A stretch of 64,000 nt of DNA from Emiliania huxleyi CCMP1516. Its lineage: Eukaryota. This document shows positions 49,845 to 62,452 of this stretch, one piece after another. The notes under the pieces are model-generated. The model was not told the DNA's origin and ran no database searches. It saw nothing but the letters and a program-made list of their open reading frames with translations. How positions within the stretch are numbered: the first letter of the stretch is position 1; each line of letters opens with the position of its first letter. A program made the translations under genes and the position numbers. The stretch covers positions 124,001 through 188,000 of the forward strand of contig NW_005201912.1 of the NCBI RefSeq assembly GCF_000372725.1, read 5' to 3'.

Positions 49845-49933
49845 CACAAAGAACCCTGCACAAAGACCGCAGGGCGGGGACCTGTCTTTTTTACCCATCT
49901 CCTAGTAGAGGTGTCCGTTTTATTTATTTATTT
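49845..49933 (+). mobile_element. Family M3 retroposon, copy 2, with 12-bp TSD
   Basis: TSD TTGCCTGTACGC at 49833-49844 and 49934-49945; (TTTA)n tail. Confidence 0.85.
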
Positions 49934-50192
49934 TTGCCTGTACGCGCCTTGTCTGTCGCGTGAATCGTGCTAATAAATAGAGCAGGCATATCCAGGAGAG
50001 ATGGGCGACGCAGGAACACAGAGGCACAGTGCGCGCCCCGCCCCGCTCGCAGAGCGTGCTGTGTGACAAGCCCGAGGGGAAAAATCTTTTTCTCTTAGGC
50101 GGCTCCGACGGTGTGCCGGTGTGTGTGCCAGTCCGCGCCAGTCCGCGCCCTTGTTGTGCCAGTGTGCTGTGAGAGACCTTGAGTTCCGATGA

Positions 50193-50271
50193 AAAAGAAA
50201 GAAAGAAGGCACACACGCAAGGGAGGGATGGGAGGACGGCACGCCGCCACCACAGAGAGATTTTAAGGAGG
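50193..50271 (-). mobile_element. Family M retroposon, copy 5 (diverged), with 10-bp TSD
   Basis: TSD GTTCCGATGA at 50183-50192 and 50272-50281. Confidence 0.88.
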
Positions 50272-50376
50272 GTTCCGATGATTCTTTTCTGCCGGCCTGA
50301 AATTCTTTTTCTCACTGCTGAGCCTGCCAGCCCGACCGCGCCGCCGCAAACGCACTCCCGCCAGCGCCCCTGCTTC

Positions 50377-50670
50377 ATGCTCAGAGGCAGCGCGACTGCG
50401 TCGCCTGTCGACGTGGTTGTGGAGCCGATAGAAGTTGCCGTTGCGCGCCTCGAAGGGCGTCATAAAAGAGAAGCGCCGCCAACTCGCTTTTGGACGCGGC
50501 GCAATGCTTTGCTCGCCATGATCTTTGCCGCTTGCCTGCTGCTGCTTATGACGGGCGCGGCGCATGCCTCCGTCGAGGACGACACGCTCCACCAGGTGTC
50601 ACGGCGGCGCGAGACTTTGCGTGTGGTGGACGAGTCGAACGGTAAAGGCGGAGAGTTGAGAGGAGTGTAG
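50377..50670 (+). pseudogene. 5' fragment of a type-II membrane protein gene
   Basis: ATG follows AATTCTTTTT (50301). Single TM segment ALLAMIFAACLLLLMTGAA. No continuation found. Confidence 0.4.
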
Positions 50671-51522
50671 ACTAGTGTGAATGTGACGGGTTTAGGCTAC
50701 TAAGCATGTACCTCCGCGAGCGGGTGAAATAAGATACGTATCCGCGCACACCATGTGTTTCACCCACATGCCCGACTCGGCGAGACCCTCTCGCTGCCTC
50801 TATATCACGCGTTTCTCTGGTAGAACCACGGGGGTGTATATACGAGACCTGTGTATGTGTAGGGCGAGTATTCGGAAAGAGGAGCCCCGCGCACGCACGA
50901 CTCCGCAGGAGAAACCCCTCCCGCCCGTGCTTGCGCAGCGCAGCCTCACGCGTCTATCGAGCGCGCGCGGGCACCGGGCTCCGAGCGCTTTGCCCCACAG
51001 CCACACCACATGGCACCCACTTCCAGCACTGCCCCCACCTATGAACTTACGGTCTCGTGGACGGTCGACGCGCTCACCTCTCTCCGAGAGCCAAGCAGCC
51101 TTCGAAAACGGGCCGGACTGGTCACTCGCTCCTCTGCGACTGTTGGCGCTCCGAGAACTTTCCTGGTTTTCCAACCTGCCGCCTGTTTGGCGAGCCCTTA
51201 TTAGGGCTTTTTGCGGAACCCGCGACGGAGCTGCGCGACTCGGCGATGATTTTTGCGAGGGTGCGTACGCCGGAGGTCGGCATCCCGCCGTCTTTGGTGG
51301 GCTGGTCGACCTTTTGTTCTGACGGCGCGGCGGCAGCAGTCTCGCGCCGCCGTCTGTGGCGATGCGCAAAACATCAACAACGCTGCTCGCAACATGCGTG
51401 TCGCGCACTCATTCATGACCGGTCTCAATGTCCCACCCCCCTGCGCGTGGGCCCGCAGCCTTCTATAGGCCCGCCCGCGGGTAGTCTCCCCCCATCCCCA
51501 GGGCCTCCAGGGCTCGCACCTC

Positions 51523-51673
51523 AACCTCTCACAGACCAGCGCACAGCGCCATGGGGCGTATTTTCTTCTCAATAACATGGCTGTGCACGATTCCCAGCCA
51601 CTCCGCTGTGAACCTCTCACAGGCCAGCGCACAGCGCCATAGGAGGTATTTTCTTCTCAATAACAAGGCTGTG
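51523..51673. repeat. 88-bp-period tandem duplication at the 5' end of the oxoprolinase gene
   Basis: AACCTCTCACAG.CCAGCGCACAGCGCCAT...GTATTTTCTTCTCAATAACA(T/A)GGCTGTG occurs twice. Confidence 0.9.
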
Positions 51674-51791
51674 AACACCGAGGAGCCTCTCGAGTCTGCT
51701 GCTCGGTTCCTGCTCCTCGGCTCCCTGCTGCTCGGTGTACGAACTCTGTTCACACCGAGTAGCTGGGAGTGGCTGCGGCTATAGCAGACAG

Positions 51792-53135
51792 ATGTTGACC
51801 CTTCAGGCGCCAGAGGACATCGACCGCCACATCACGCTCGATGTGGCGACGGGCCAACCCGTTGTGATAGACGCCCTCGGCCCTGTCGTCGTCAACAGCG
51901 ACGGCACCCTCTCGCGGATAACGAACTGGGAGCGGATGGAGGAGAGCGAGAGGGATGTGGCGAAACGGCGCATCTCCAAGCGCAACGTCGAACGGCTGCG
52001 GGCCTTTCGCGACAAGGGCGAACTCAAACAGTCTCTCGTCTCTGCTCTTGCTGCCGCCAGCTCAGACGGTGCCGCCAGTGGCGATGCCGGCGGCGGTGGC
52101 GCCGAGGGTCGCAACGCCTCGGGCTTCCGCTTCTCGATCGACCGCGGCGGCACCTTCACCGACGTATACGCGCTCTGCCCGGGCGAGGCGGTGCCGCGCT
52201 GCGTCAAGCTGCTGTCGGTCGACCCGGCCAACTACCCGGACGCGCCGCGCGAGGGGATCCGGAGAGTGCTCGAGGCGGCGACCGGCGTGCCGCACCCGCG
52301 CGGCGAGCGGCTGAACTCCTCGCGGATCGAGTGGATCCGGATGGGGACGACGGTGGCGACCAACGCGCTGCTCGAGCGTGACGGCGCGCGCACGGCGCTC
52401 CTCGTCAGCAAGGGCTTCGCCGACGTGCTGCACATCGGGTCGCAGGCGAGGCCCGACATCTTTGACCTCCGGGTCCGCTGCCCGGGCGTGTTGTACGAGG
52501 CGGTGGTGGAGGTGGACGAGCGAGTGGTGCTCGCGAAGAGCGAGCCTCCCGGCGAAGAGTCGGCGGCGCGGCGGGGCTTGCGGCGCGTGCGGGGCGAGAC
52601 GGGGGAGCAGGTGCGCCTCGGGAGGGAGCCGAGCTGCAGGAGGGCCATATCTCCCCATATCTCCCCAGATCTCCCCACATCTCCCCAGGTGCTCATCGAG
52701 AGGGAGCCGGACTTGGACGCGCTGCGGGGCAAGCTTGCTGCGCTGCGGGCGTCCGGAGTCGAGGCGGTGGCGGTGGTGCTGATGCACGCGTACACATACC
52801 GCCAGCACGAGGAGGCCGTGGCGGCACTGGCGCGCGAGGTCGGCTTTGCCCAAGTCACCACCTCCTCCTCGACGCTGCCGATGGTGAAGCTGGTGCCGCG
52901 CGGATACACCGCCACCGCCGACGCGTACCTGACGCCGCACATCAAGGCCTACCTCGCGTCCTTCGTCGCGGGCTTCGACGACGACATCAGCAAGGTCGAG
53001 ATTTCGTTCATGCAGTCCGACGGAGGCCTCGCGCCCGCCGACTCGTTTTGCGGCTTCCGCGCCGTCCTCTCGGGCCCCGCGGGAGGGTACATCGGGTACG
53101 CGAAGACAGCGCACACGCCAGGCGGCCCGCCTGTG

Positions 53136-53174
<39 letters not shown>

Positions 53175-56100
53175 AGGTACGCGGGCAGCGTCGAGCAGGT
53201 GTTCGAGGCGCGGCTGGCGGGCGTCACGATCCAGGCACCGCAGCTCGACATCAAGACCGTCGCGGCGGGCGGCGGCTCGCGCTTCTTCTTCCGCGAGGGG
53301 CGGCTCGCCGTCGGGCCGCAGTCTGTGCGCGCGCACCCCGGGCCGGTACTCCGCCGCGCGGGGCGGGCTCGGGCCTCGGCTTTCTTCCTCTCCACCCCCG
53401 ACGCCATCTCGCTGCTAGGTTTGCTACCGCAAGGGCGGCCAGCTGGCGACCACCGACGCCAACCTCCTCCTCGGCCGCATCCGGCCGGAGCACTTCCCGC
53501 GCATCTTCGGCCCGGACGAGGACCAGCCGCTCGACGTCGAGGGCACGCATGCAGCCGAGATCTGGCCGAGATCTGGCCGAGCTCTGGCCGAGCTCTGGCC
53601 AGCTCTGGCCGAGATCTGGCCGAGATCTGGCGAACGAGGGCGAGCCGCTCTAGCTCGAGGGCCTCGAGGCCGCGCGCCCGTCGCGGCTCTCTGTTGATCG
53701 CCAGGCTGGCGCCCCTTCTTTTTCAGGCACGCGCGCCGCCTTCGAGGCGATGCTGAGCGGCGAGGTGCACCCCTTCTACGAGGCGACATCGCCCGCCGGC
53801 GCGCCCCCTCGGAGGATGAGTGTCGAGCAGCTCGCGCACGGCTTCCTCGAGGTTGCCAACGAGGCGGTCGCGCCGCTCCGCGAGAGGACGAGTCCGGGAC
53901 ACGTCCGCGACATGTCCGAGACACGTCCCACAGGCGATGTGCCGCCCGATCCGCGAGATGACGCAGATGAGAGGCCACGACGCGGCGGCGCACGTGCTCG
54001 CCTCCTTCGGCGGCGCGGGAGGCCAGCACGCGTGCGCCGTCGCGCGCTCGCTCGGCATGACGCGCGTGTACGTGCACCGGCACGCCTCCATCCTGTCCGC
54101 GGTGGGGATCGCCCTCGCCGACGTGGTCGTCGAGAAGCAGGAGGCGGCCGCGCTGACGCTCGGTGAGCCGGGTGCCGCCGAGCGCGTCTCCGTGCGCCAC
54201 GCTGCGCTGGCGGCTGCCGTCGAGGAGCAGCTGGCCGCGCAGGGCTTCGCGCCGCCGCTGCTGCGGACGGATCGCTTCCTCAACTTGCGCTACGCGGGCA
54301 CCGACACCGCCATCATGGTTTCGGAGCCGGCGGCAGGCGGCGGCGCGTACGCCGCCGCCTTCGAGGCGCAGCACCGGCGCGAGTTTGGCTTCACCTTTGC
54401 GGAGCGGCCCGTCCTGATCGACGACATCCGCGTGCGCGGCACCGGCCTCTCCCCGCCCGCGCCCGCGGCGCCGACTGCGGCGGCGAGCGGCGCGCTGCCG
54501 CCGCCGACGAGCGTGGGCCGGACCTACTTTGAGAGCGGGTGGGAGGAGACGCCCTCGTACTCGCTGCAGTCGCTCGCGCCGGGCAACGTCCTCGAGGGGC
54601 CGGCGCTGCTGCTGGACGACATCTCGACGGTGGTGGTCGAGCCGAACTGCACCGCCACAGTCACGGCGACGGGCCACCTCGAGATCCTGGTGCGGCCGAG
54701 GAAGGGCGCACGAGGCGAGACGCGGACCGGCCCTGAGGCGCAGCGGGGGGCGGAGGCGGCGCCGGCGGAGGGCGCCCCCTCGCCGAGCGGCGATGCGGAC
54801 CCGGTCCAGCTGTCGCTCTACTCGCACCGCTTCATGGGCATCGCTGAGCAGATGGGGCGGACGCTGCAGCGCACGTCGGTCTCCACAAACATCAAAGAGC
54901 GGCTCGACTTCTCGTGCGCGCTCTTCGACGCCTCCGGCGGGCTCGTCGCCAACGCGCCCCACATCCCCGTCCACCTGGGCGCGATGCAGGACGCCGTGCA
55001 GCTGCAGCAGCGGCGGTGGGAGGGCGACATCAACGCGGGCGACGTCTTCCTCTCCAACTGCCCGCACACCGCCGGCGGCTCGCACCTGCCCGACCTCACC
55101 GTCATCACGCCTGCCTTTCTGCCCGGCGACGGCGACGCGCCCGCCTTTTGGGTCGCCTCGCGGGGGCACCACGCGGACATCGGGGGCGCGACGCCCGGCT
55201 CGATGCCGCCCTTCTCCCACTCGCTCTCCGAGGAGGGCGCGCGGATCGTCGGGTTCCGGCTCGTCTCGCGTGGTGCGCGGCGGGACGGATCGGCCGCTGC
55301 GCCCCGTCCTCGCCGCGACCGTCACCGACACCTTTTGGTAGGAGTGCTGCAGGAGGAGGGCGTGCGCTCCATCCTCGCCAAGAGCCGCAACCTCACCGAC
55401 AACCTCTCCGACCTCAAGGCTCAGGTGGCCGCCAACGAGATGGGGCCTGCAGCCGCTTGCCCCCTCCCTGCCGCCGCAGCTGCGAAGGGCGCCTCATTCA
55501 CGGCCCGCGCTGTGACCAGGCTGCGCCTCCTCGCCTCCCTCGCCGCCGAGTCGTCGCTCGCCGCCGTCCGCAGCTACATGCACCACATCCAGGCGAACGC
55601 AGAGGCGACGGTCCGCGCAATGCTTCGCGCCTTCGCCGCCCGAGCCGGCCTTGGCGCAAACGGCGCCTGCGCGCCGGCCGGCTGCTGGACAGACGCGAAG
55701 TCACGGGAGAGGACTGGAGATCGCCGGAGATTAGGCGTCTGCACCGCGGCCGACCAGCTCGACGACGGCTCGGAGATCCGGCTCGCGGTCACCATTGACG
55801 CGGCGGCGGGATCCGCCACCTTTGACTTTTCCGGCACCTCGCCACAGAGCTATTCGAACCTGAACGCGCGCCGTGCGCCGTCGCGTGCTCGTTGCACCGT
55901 GGACAGCGTCTGTGTCCACACTCTGTCCGTGAACAGGCGCCGCGCGCCGTCACGTACTCGGCCGTCATCTACTCGCTCCGCGCGCTCTGCGACACCGACA
56001 TGCCCCTCAACCAGGGCTGCCTCGCGCCAGTCACCTTCGTCCTCCCTGAGGGCAGCCCCTCGCCGCCGCCAGGGCCCGTCCTTCCCCGGACACGTCCCGG

Positions 56101-56886
56101 ACACGTCCCGGACGCGTGTCCTCGTAGGCTGCCTCCTCAACCCCGGGGAGACCGCCGCTGTCGTCGGCGGGAACGTCCTCACCTCGCAGCGCGTCGTGGA
56201 CGTCGTCCTCAAGGCGTCCTGACGCGTGCAATCTCGGGCAATCTCGGACAACCTCGGGTCATCTCGCGTCATCTCGCCGCAGGCGTTTGGCGCGTGCGCG
56301 GCCTCTCAGGGCTGCATGAACAACCTCACCTTTGGCGACGAGACTTACGGCTACTACGAGACCATCGCCGGCGGCGCGGGCGCCGGGCCCGACTGGGACG
56401 GCCGCTCGGGCGTGCACACGCACATGACCAACACGCGCATCACCGACCCCGAGGTCCTCGAGCGGAGGCACCGACGGCCGAAACGCCCCGCCGTAGAGAA
56501 GGGAGACACGTGAGCGGAGTCGTGTGTCGAGTAGGTACCCGGTCGTGCTGCGCACCTTCTCCCTCCGCGCCCACTCGGGCGGAGGCGGCGCGCACCGCGG
56601 CGGCGACGGCGTCGTGCGCGAGATCGAGTTTCTGCGCCCGACGGACGTGTCCATCCTCTCCGAGCGCCGCGCCGTGCCCCCATACGGCCTCGCCGGTGGC
56701 GAGCCGGGCGTGCGCGGGCAGAACCTGCTGCTGCCCGCGGGAGGAGGCGCCGGCCCCACCGTCTCGCTCGGTGGCAAGGCCTTTGTCCGCGTCGAGGCGG
56801 GCGCGCGGCTGCGGGTGCTCTCCCCTGGAGGGGGCGGGTACGGCGCCCCAGCCGAAGCATACTCGGGCGGCAGCCGTGCTAAGTAG
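51792..56886 (+). CDS. OPLAH: 5-oxoprolinase (ATP-hydrolysing; hydantoinase A+B) with an extra N-terminal domain, multi-exon
   Basis: [95 protein letters not shown] and SPGGGGYG. The true start may be further upstream (~51577). Confidence 0.95.
53557..53632. repeat. Intronic 11-bp tandem repeat (AG[A/C]TCTGGCCG)
   Basis: Direct observation. Confidence 0.9.
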
Positions 56887-57191
56887 TAGCACTTGCTTTG
56901 CCTTACGCGTTTACGTCCCGGCCCGCGGTGCGAGCGGTGTGAGGTTTCTGTGGTTACTCTATGCAGTACCGTACTGCGCTTTTGACGGAGGTGAGCCGAG
57001 GGCAGTGGGTCTCTTGCGCCTCTCCGGCGCCCAAAGCTGTATTAAAATTGTGATGAGCATGAGGGAACGTGAGGGACATGCACATGCGCATACTCAAAGA
57101 GAGAGAGAGACCCACAGACTCGAGACTGTGTCAGTCTCAGAAGAGACATGCGATGCCACTCGCCCCACGGACACACACATGCAAAGTGCGA

Positions 57192-57956
57192 TCAGATGTC
57201 CGGGCCCGCCTCTGCCAGCCGCGCGTAGTAGACAGAGTGCGCCGTCGTGAGCGGGTGTAGGACCGGCTCCGTCGGCAGCCGTACGAGCGGCGGAGGGGCA
57301 GTGGGCGGAGGGGCGGGGGCCGCCCTCGCCGAGGTCATGCTCGGTTGGATCGGCAGCCAGCCGATGGGAATGGCATACGCGAAGGCTCGCAAAACGGGCG
57401 GCGGGTGGGCGGGCGGCAGCGAAGTGGGGGGCGAGAGCGGCGACGAGGGCGAGAGCGGCGACGCCGGGTCCGGCACGCTGAGGACCAGCGGCTTCACGTG
57501 CGGCAGCGTCTGCGTGGTTTGCATCGGCGGCGCAGCAGCCGAGCGGCGAAAATTCGGGCCCGACGGGCGGACGGCGGTGAGAAGAGAGGCGGCGCGCGAG
57601 AAGCCGGAGGTCTTCACCGAGCACACGTGGCCCAGCTTGGGTTGCCCACATGCGGCGCAGCGGTTCTTGGCGAGGCCGAGGCGTCGCGCTTGCTGCCCGA
57701 GCTCGATTCTGAGGTAGCGGTTGCGAACGGACGCCGGGCTGCGGTTGGTGAGGCCGTCGGCGATGCGGCCCCATTTACGACCCTGCGGAATGGGGAGATG
57801 CAGGGGGTGAGAGACGGGGCAGAATCTTCAAATACTTGGGCGAGAGTGATGGCGTTTCGACGGCGGCCGCGCCTCAAGTGCAAACAGCTGGAGGATTTTG
57901 CGGTCCTCCTCCGGAGTCCAGGACGTCATGTTGTCGGTGCTCCTTTTGCCGACCAT
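57192..57956 (-). CDS. Myb/SANT transcription factor with CxxC-H-C knuckle
   Basis: [11 protein letters not shown]...|[26 protein letters not shown] and [15 protein letters not shown]. Confidence 0.85.
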
Positions 57957-58349
57957 GCTGGAAGCAACTGGCGAGGGGGGGTTGTGATGACCGATTCGCG
58001 GCATCCCCGACCGAGGCGAGCAGCCCGCCGACAAGGGACTCACAAGGCGGTGGGTGTTTTCGGCGAAAGATTGCTGGGGCGAGGGAGATTTGCAAGGGTG
58101 TCGCTCGCCTGTTGGAGAGAGCTTGTTCTTCTTGCTCTTGTTGGCGCTGCTATTGGCGAGCAGTGAGTCTTTGGACCGGCTCTCACTCTCGGAACTCAGA
58201 CCGACAGCGACTCAAGGCGACAACAGCGACTCAACGAATAGGTTTGGACACGGGACTGGCGGATGAAAGAACGTAGTTCTCCGAGTTCTAGGGGAATTGG
58301 GTGAGCCCTGCCCAGCCCCCCTCCGTGTCGCGATGCGCTCCCCGCTCCC

Positions 58350-58457
58350 GTTCCCCTGTGTCCCTGCCTGATCGTCCTTACTCGAGTACAAGATCCTGCC
58401 TGCTCGTGCAGGTGGGGACCCTGTCCTTCTCCCACCCCTTGTTTGGTTTTATTTATT
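58350..58457 (+). mobile_element. Family M2 retroposon-like 3' end, copy 2
   Basis: Inverted homolog of 32542-32740; TTTTATTTATT tail. Confidence 0.65.
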
Positions 58458-59169
58458 GAATCATCATCGTCATCGCTCTGTCTGTGGTGCTGCTTCTCGC
58501 GTGCGTCCTTGGGCTCGGCACGTGTGCCCGCCTCCTTCACCACGAGCTCGTATGCCACGTCGCCGCCTGTGTTTGGGTTTCTAGGTAGGCGGATCACCGC
58601 ACTTCTCCCCGGCGAGATGAGGCCCTCCGCGCTAGAGGAGAGGCGGATCAGACTAGGAGGAGCGGCGGAGGCCATCAAGCTTGTCTCGAGTAGCCCTCGC
58701 GCGCGCGCAATCGCGTGGCGGCGGTAGACCGATTTTCGCCACCGAGACGAACACCGACTCAAAGGGTAGCCGTGACAACTTCGTGTGTATAGCGGCTGAT
58801 ACGCTTATTCATACCAATTCTTTGCACCTGCCGCTGCGGCGTGCCTCCGCCTCATCGCCCTCTCTGCGCTAGATCTGCTGACTAGCCCGAGAACGGGCAG
58901 AACGGGCCGTCCTCGCATACTCCGACACATCGAAAGTGGGAGCGAAAACTCAGCCTTGAGTTCTCAGCGCCCTCACGGCCCGCCGATGGCAAACCCGACT
59001 CCCTCCATCCGTGTGGCGCCGCCCGATGGTGCCGGGAACCCTATTCCGGAGCGATTTCCCCTAGGGTTAGCGCCGAGAAAGCCGGCAGTCTCGCGCCTCT
59101 ATTTTCGCCCTCTCTCGGCTACCCGGTATAAAACGAGGGCGCGACAGGAGGAGAGGACGCGTCAGAGCG

Positions 59170-60639
59170 ATGGCATCTCCCGAGTTCAGCACCGCCGAAT
59201 GGCGCACCCTCGACGACGTCCTCTCCCTCCTCCGCTCGCCGCAGCCATGGTTCGCCTCCGTGCCGGCTGGTCGCCTCTGTGCCGCCTGTCCAAAGCGCTC
59301 TCCGCACCTCAGTCCGCCCGATTTGCTGGCGGTGAGCGGCAACTGGTACGACGTGCTGCACAAGGCGCCCGTACTCGCCCGCCTGGCGGCGGCGGCTCCG
59401 TCGGCCGACCTCTTCCTGGCCGGCGGGCGGCGCGAGCGGCTCACCTCTGCCGAGGCCGCCGCCGAGGGTGGTGAGCCGCTGCTGCTCGGCCGCACGCTTG
59501 CTGTTCTCGGCGTGGCGCGGAGCCGGCTGGTCGTGTGGAGCGGGTCGCGCGTCACCAACCACAACCTGCGCGCGCTGCTGCACTACGCCAAGCAGAGGCG
59601 CGAGTTTGAGCCGGCGGCGCCGCCGCTGCGCGTGGCGCTGGTGGAGGAGGGCTTCCTGGTGCGGCGGGAGGCAGGCGAGGGGCACACTTCCGAGACACGA
59701 GACACCGGGCAGGGCCACCGCAGCGCCCATCCTGGACGCTCCCGCAGAGCACCAGAGAGGGCTCCTTTTCGCGTCTCCATTTCACCGCTCCTCCTCTCAC
59801 AGCTCCTATCCTTCCTCGTGCAGCGTCGCTCGCGCGGCTGCTGGCGGAGGACGACGCGGCGCAGCGCGCTCTCGGTGCGGCGGAGCTCGGAGCGGGCGGA
59901 GCCGAGGCGTGGAGCTCTTCCCTCCAGCCGCGCGGCCTCGCCGTGCCCCTTGCCGTGTAGGCACGGTCGAGTTCCGCCCCGTCGGCGCGCGCACCTTTTC
60001 GCAGCTCTGCCAGGCGCACAACGGCCGGCGGGACGTCGCGATGGCGCGCGCCTGCATACACTCACCCCGGCAACGCCACGCCGCACCGGCCCTTCGGCTC
60101 ATCCACGACGCGAGCTCTGCCCGAGTAGGCGCTGGTGCTCGGCGAGCTCGACAGGCCAGCGGTGTGGGGTGGTTGAGGCGGCCGCAGCGCGCGCCACCGC
60201 AATCGTGTCACGCTCGTAGGCTCGAGCGGTACCGGCACGAGGGCAACGCGACGACCGCTACGCATGGGCAGGCGCCGCTCCAGACAGCACTCACGGGGGT
60301 CACTATGTGGGTGGGTGGGTGGGTGGGTGGGTGGGTGTGTGGGGGGGGTAATGATCGAAGCCACGCCACACCGCCACACCCACCACAAGCAGGTGGTGTC
60401 TCTGCTCGGCCGTCCGCTTACTGTCGGGTCCACCGCTGCGGCAGGTGCGGCACGGCGCGCTGCTGCCGGCCGAGGCGCTCGACGCGCTGGGGGCGCCGCT
60501 GCGGCAGGCGACAAGGGCGCTGCGCGAGAGGCACGCGGCCTCACTCGGCGAGGGGAGGCGGATCCTGGAGAGGGCGCCGCGGGGCGAGATGCTCGCGCTG
60601 GCGACGCCACGAGGGGGAGAGCGCAGCCGAGACACATGA
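59170..60639 (+). CDS. DUF218/YdcF-like hypothetical protein (multi-exon)
   Basis: LFLAGGR...GEPLLL...LGV...SRVTNHN...VALVEEGFLVRR resembles the DUF218 motif order. Confidence 0.5.
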
Positions 60640-61777
60640 TTTAAAATCATTTTGTTACAAACGGTTGAGTGCAAAATCGGAGAGAATTCGCGCCCCCGGC
60701 AGTCAACACAATTCGTTTAGTTTTTCAGAAACTCGGGCCTCTCGGGTACTCTACCTCTTAAAAAACACGATGGGCAGCGAAAAACAGCAAAAGTAGCAAA
60801 ATCGGGCCCTTCGCCATGCGCGGTCCTTGCTGACCCTGCCAAACTCTCTCGCCGCCGTTCGCTGCTCGGCTTGCGTATGCGGATGGGAGCTTCGAGGACA
60901 TGCAGGCGTCCCGCCCCCTCCGGCCATCCCCTCGGCTCCCAAGTGCGCGGCCGCGACGCGCTGCGCACCCTCTTCCGCGCTGCGCGCGCTCTCGGCACGG
61001 CCTTCGTCCGACGAGATCACCTCCTCTTCGCGCCGCAGGTGCACAACCAAGGGCTGGCCACCTCCGTATCCATCATGGTGAAGCCAATGGGCCAAAATTG
61101 GAGTGAGCTCCCCTCCCAGGTGGCCGGAGGGTACACCTCGGGTCGGCGTGCTGGGGGGGGCGCCGGTGCGCAAGCCCACTTTCCGGGCGACCCCGAGGGG
61201 GAGGAGGCCGGGCGAGTGGCAGCAATTCACTGTTAGTGTCCCGGGCCGCTGCGGCACCGTTTATACGGCCCCTCGTGATGTCTTTCCGATTTTGCATTGT
61301 GAGTCGTCCTCTGGCCAGCCGAGGGGCGCCAGAACGGCATGTGTACTGCTGCTGGCTGCGGGTGCGGAACGGTTTTTTTTTAACTCGCAACCAAGCATAC
61401 TATACAAGGACACCCTCGGGGGGGACACTCGGCGCATGTGCGACGCGTCAGGGTGGAGTTGGCGGTGGCCGAGCGTCGTCTCCAGATCGACTCGCAGCGC
61501 GGAGTCGAAGGGTAAAGGCTAAAGCGCGTCGCGCTGCGACACTCGAGAGCCGGCGGGATGGCCGTAGGGCGCAGCCGACTTTGATGTCCTCGAAGGCCCG
61601 GTGCGCATTCGTCCTCTGAGACCCACGCGTACAGGAAAGGGGGCGAGAACGCCATTCTGCTGGACCGATTTTGCCACTTTCTGCTGGCTCGTTCGCCACC
61701 GTGAAAAGTCTGCGATGGGCTGCCCGCGCATCAATTTCTGTTCTTTCTTTCTCTCTTTCTGTTGGAGGTTATAATTG

Positions 61778-62452
61778 CTATATACGCCACCCTGCATTCT
61801 GAATCGTCACCTTGTTGTCGGCGTTGAAAGCGAGGCGCCTCAGCGCCCCCGCGGCCTGATACTTCTGCCTGGCCGTGCCGCCGCGAGCCAACGCGACCAG
61901 CGGCGCGATGCCACCCGCCTTCGCAATCGCCACCTTGTTGTCGGCGTTGTCAAACGCGAGCACCCACAACTCCCGCGCGGCCGCCTCCTTCTGCCCGTCC
62001 GAGCCGCCGCGCAGCTGCGCCACCCACGTTCGCACCTCTGAAGGAATGGAGGCGTCCACAGCCATCCCCATCGCCTCCGACACCGCTGCCTGCGCTCCGC
62101 CCTCCTTGCCGCCGCCCTCTCCCTCCTCCTGCGAGGAAGACACCGCTTCCGCCGGCGGCGGCGGCGAGGCCAGCGGCGGCGGCGGCGAGCCCAGCGGCGG
62201 CGGCGGCGGCGGAGGCGGCGAGCTATCCTGCTCGTGACGTCGGCTCCACAGACGCCAGCCAAGTTGGCGACGTGCGGCGGGGACCGTGGCCGCCGTTGCG
62301 ACCGCCGCGGCGGGCAGCAGCGACGAGGAGGGCGACGACGAGGAGGGCGAGGGCGGCGGCGGCCCGCTCGTCGCTGCCTGCTGCAGCGGCGGTGGCGGCA
62401 GCAGCGACGAGGAGGGCGACGACGAGGAGGGCGAGGGCGGCGGCGGCCACAT
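61778..62452 (-). CDS. Short armadillo-repeat protein (possibly truncated)
   Basis: KEAAARELWVLAFDNADNKVAIAKAGGIAPLVALARGG...AAGALRRLA, after a Pro/Ser-rich duplicated N-terminus. Confidence 0.75.
   Translation of the reverse strand: MWPPPPSPSSSSPSSSLLPPPPLQQAATSGPPPPSPSSSSPSSSLLPAAAVATAATVPAARRQLGWRLWSRRHEQDSSPPPPPPPPLGSPPPPLASPPPPAEAVSSSQEEGEGGGKEGGAQAAVSEAMGMAVDASIPSEVRTWVAQLRGGSDGQKEAAARELWVLAFDNADNKVAIAKAGGIAPLVALARGGTARQKYQAAGALRRLAFNADNKVTIQNAGWRI

Noticed and set aside
49198..49905. EEAAR coiled-coil or PPPSP extensin-like genes
   Set aside because: A 15-bp minisatellite leaves most frames open; it sits among mobile fragments with no other gene signals.
48311..49935. 1.6-kb element with ~88-bp terminal inverted repeats
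   Set aside because: The right copy has its own 12-bp TSD and T-rich tail, so these are two independent retroposon insertions in opposite orientation.
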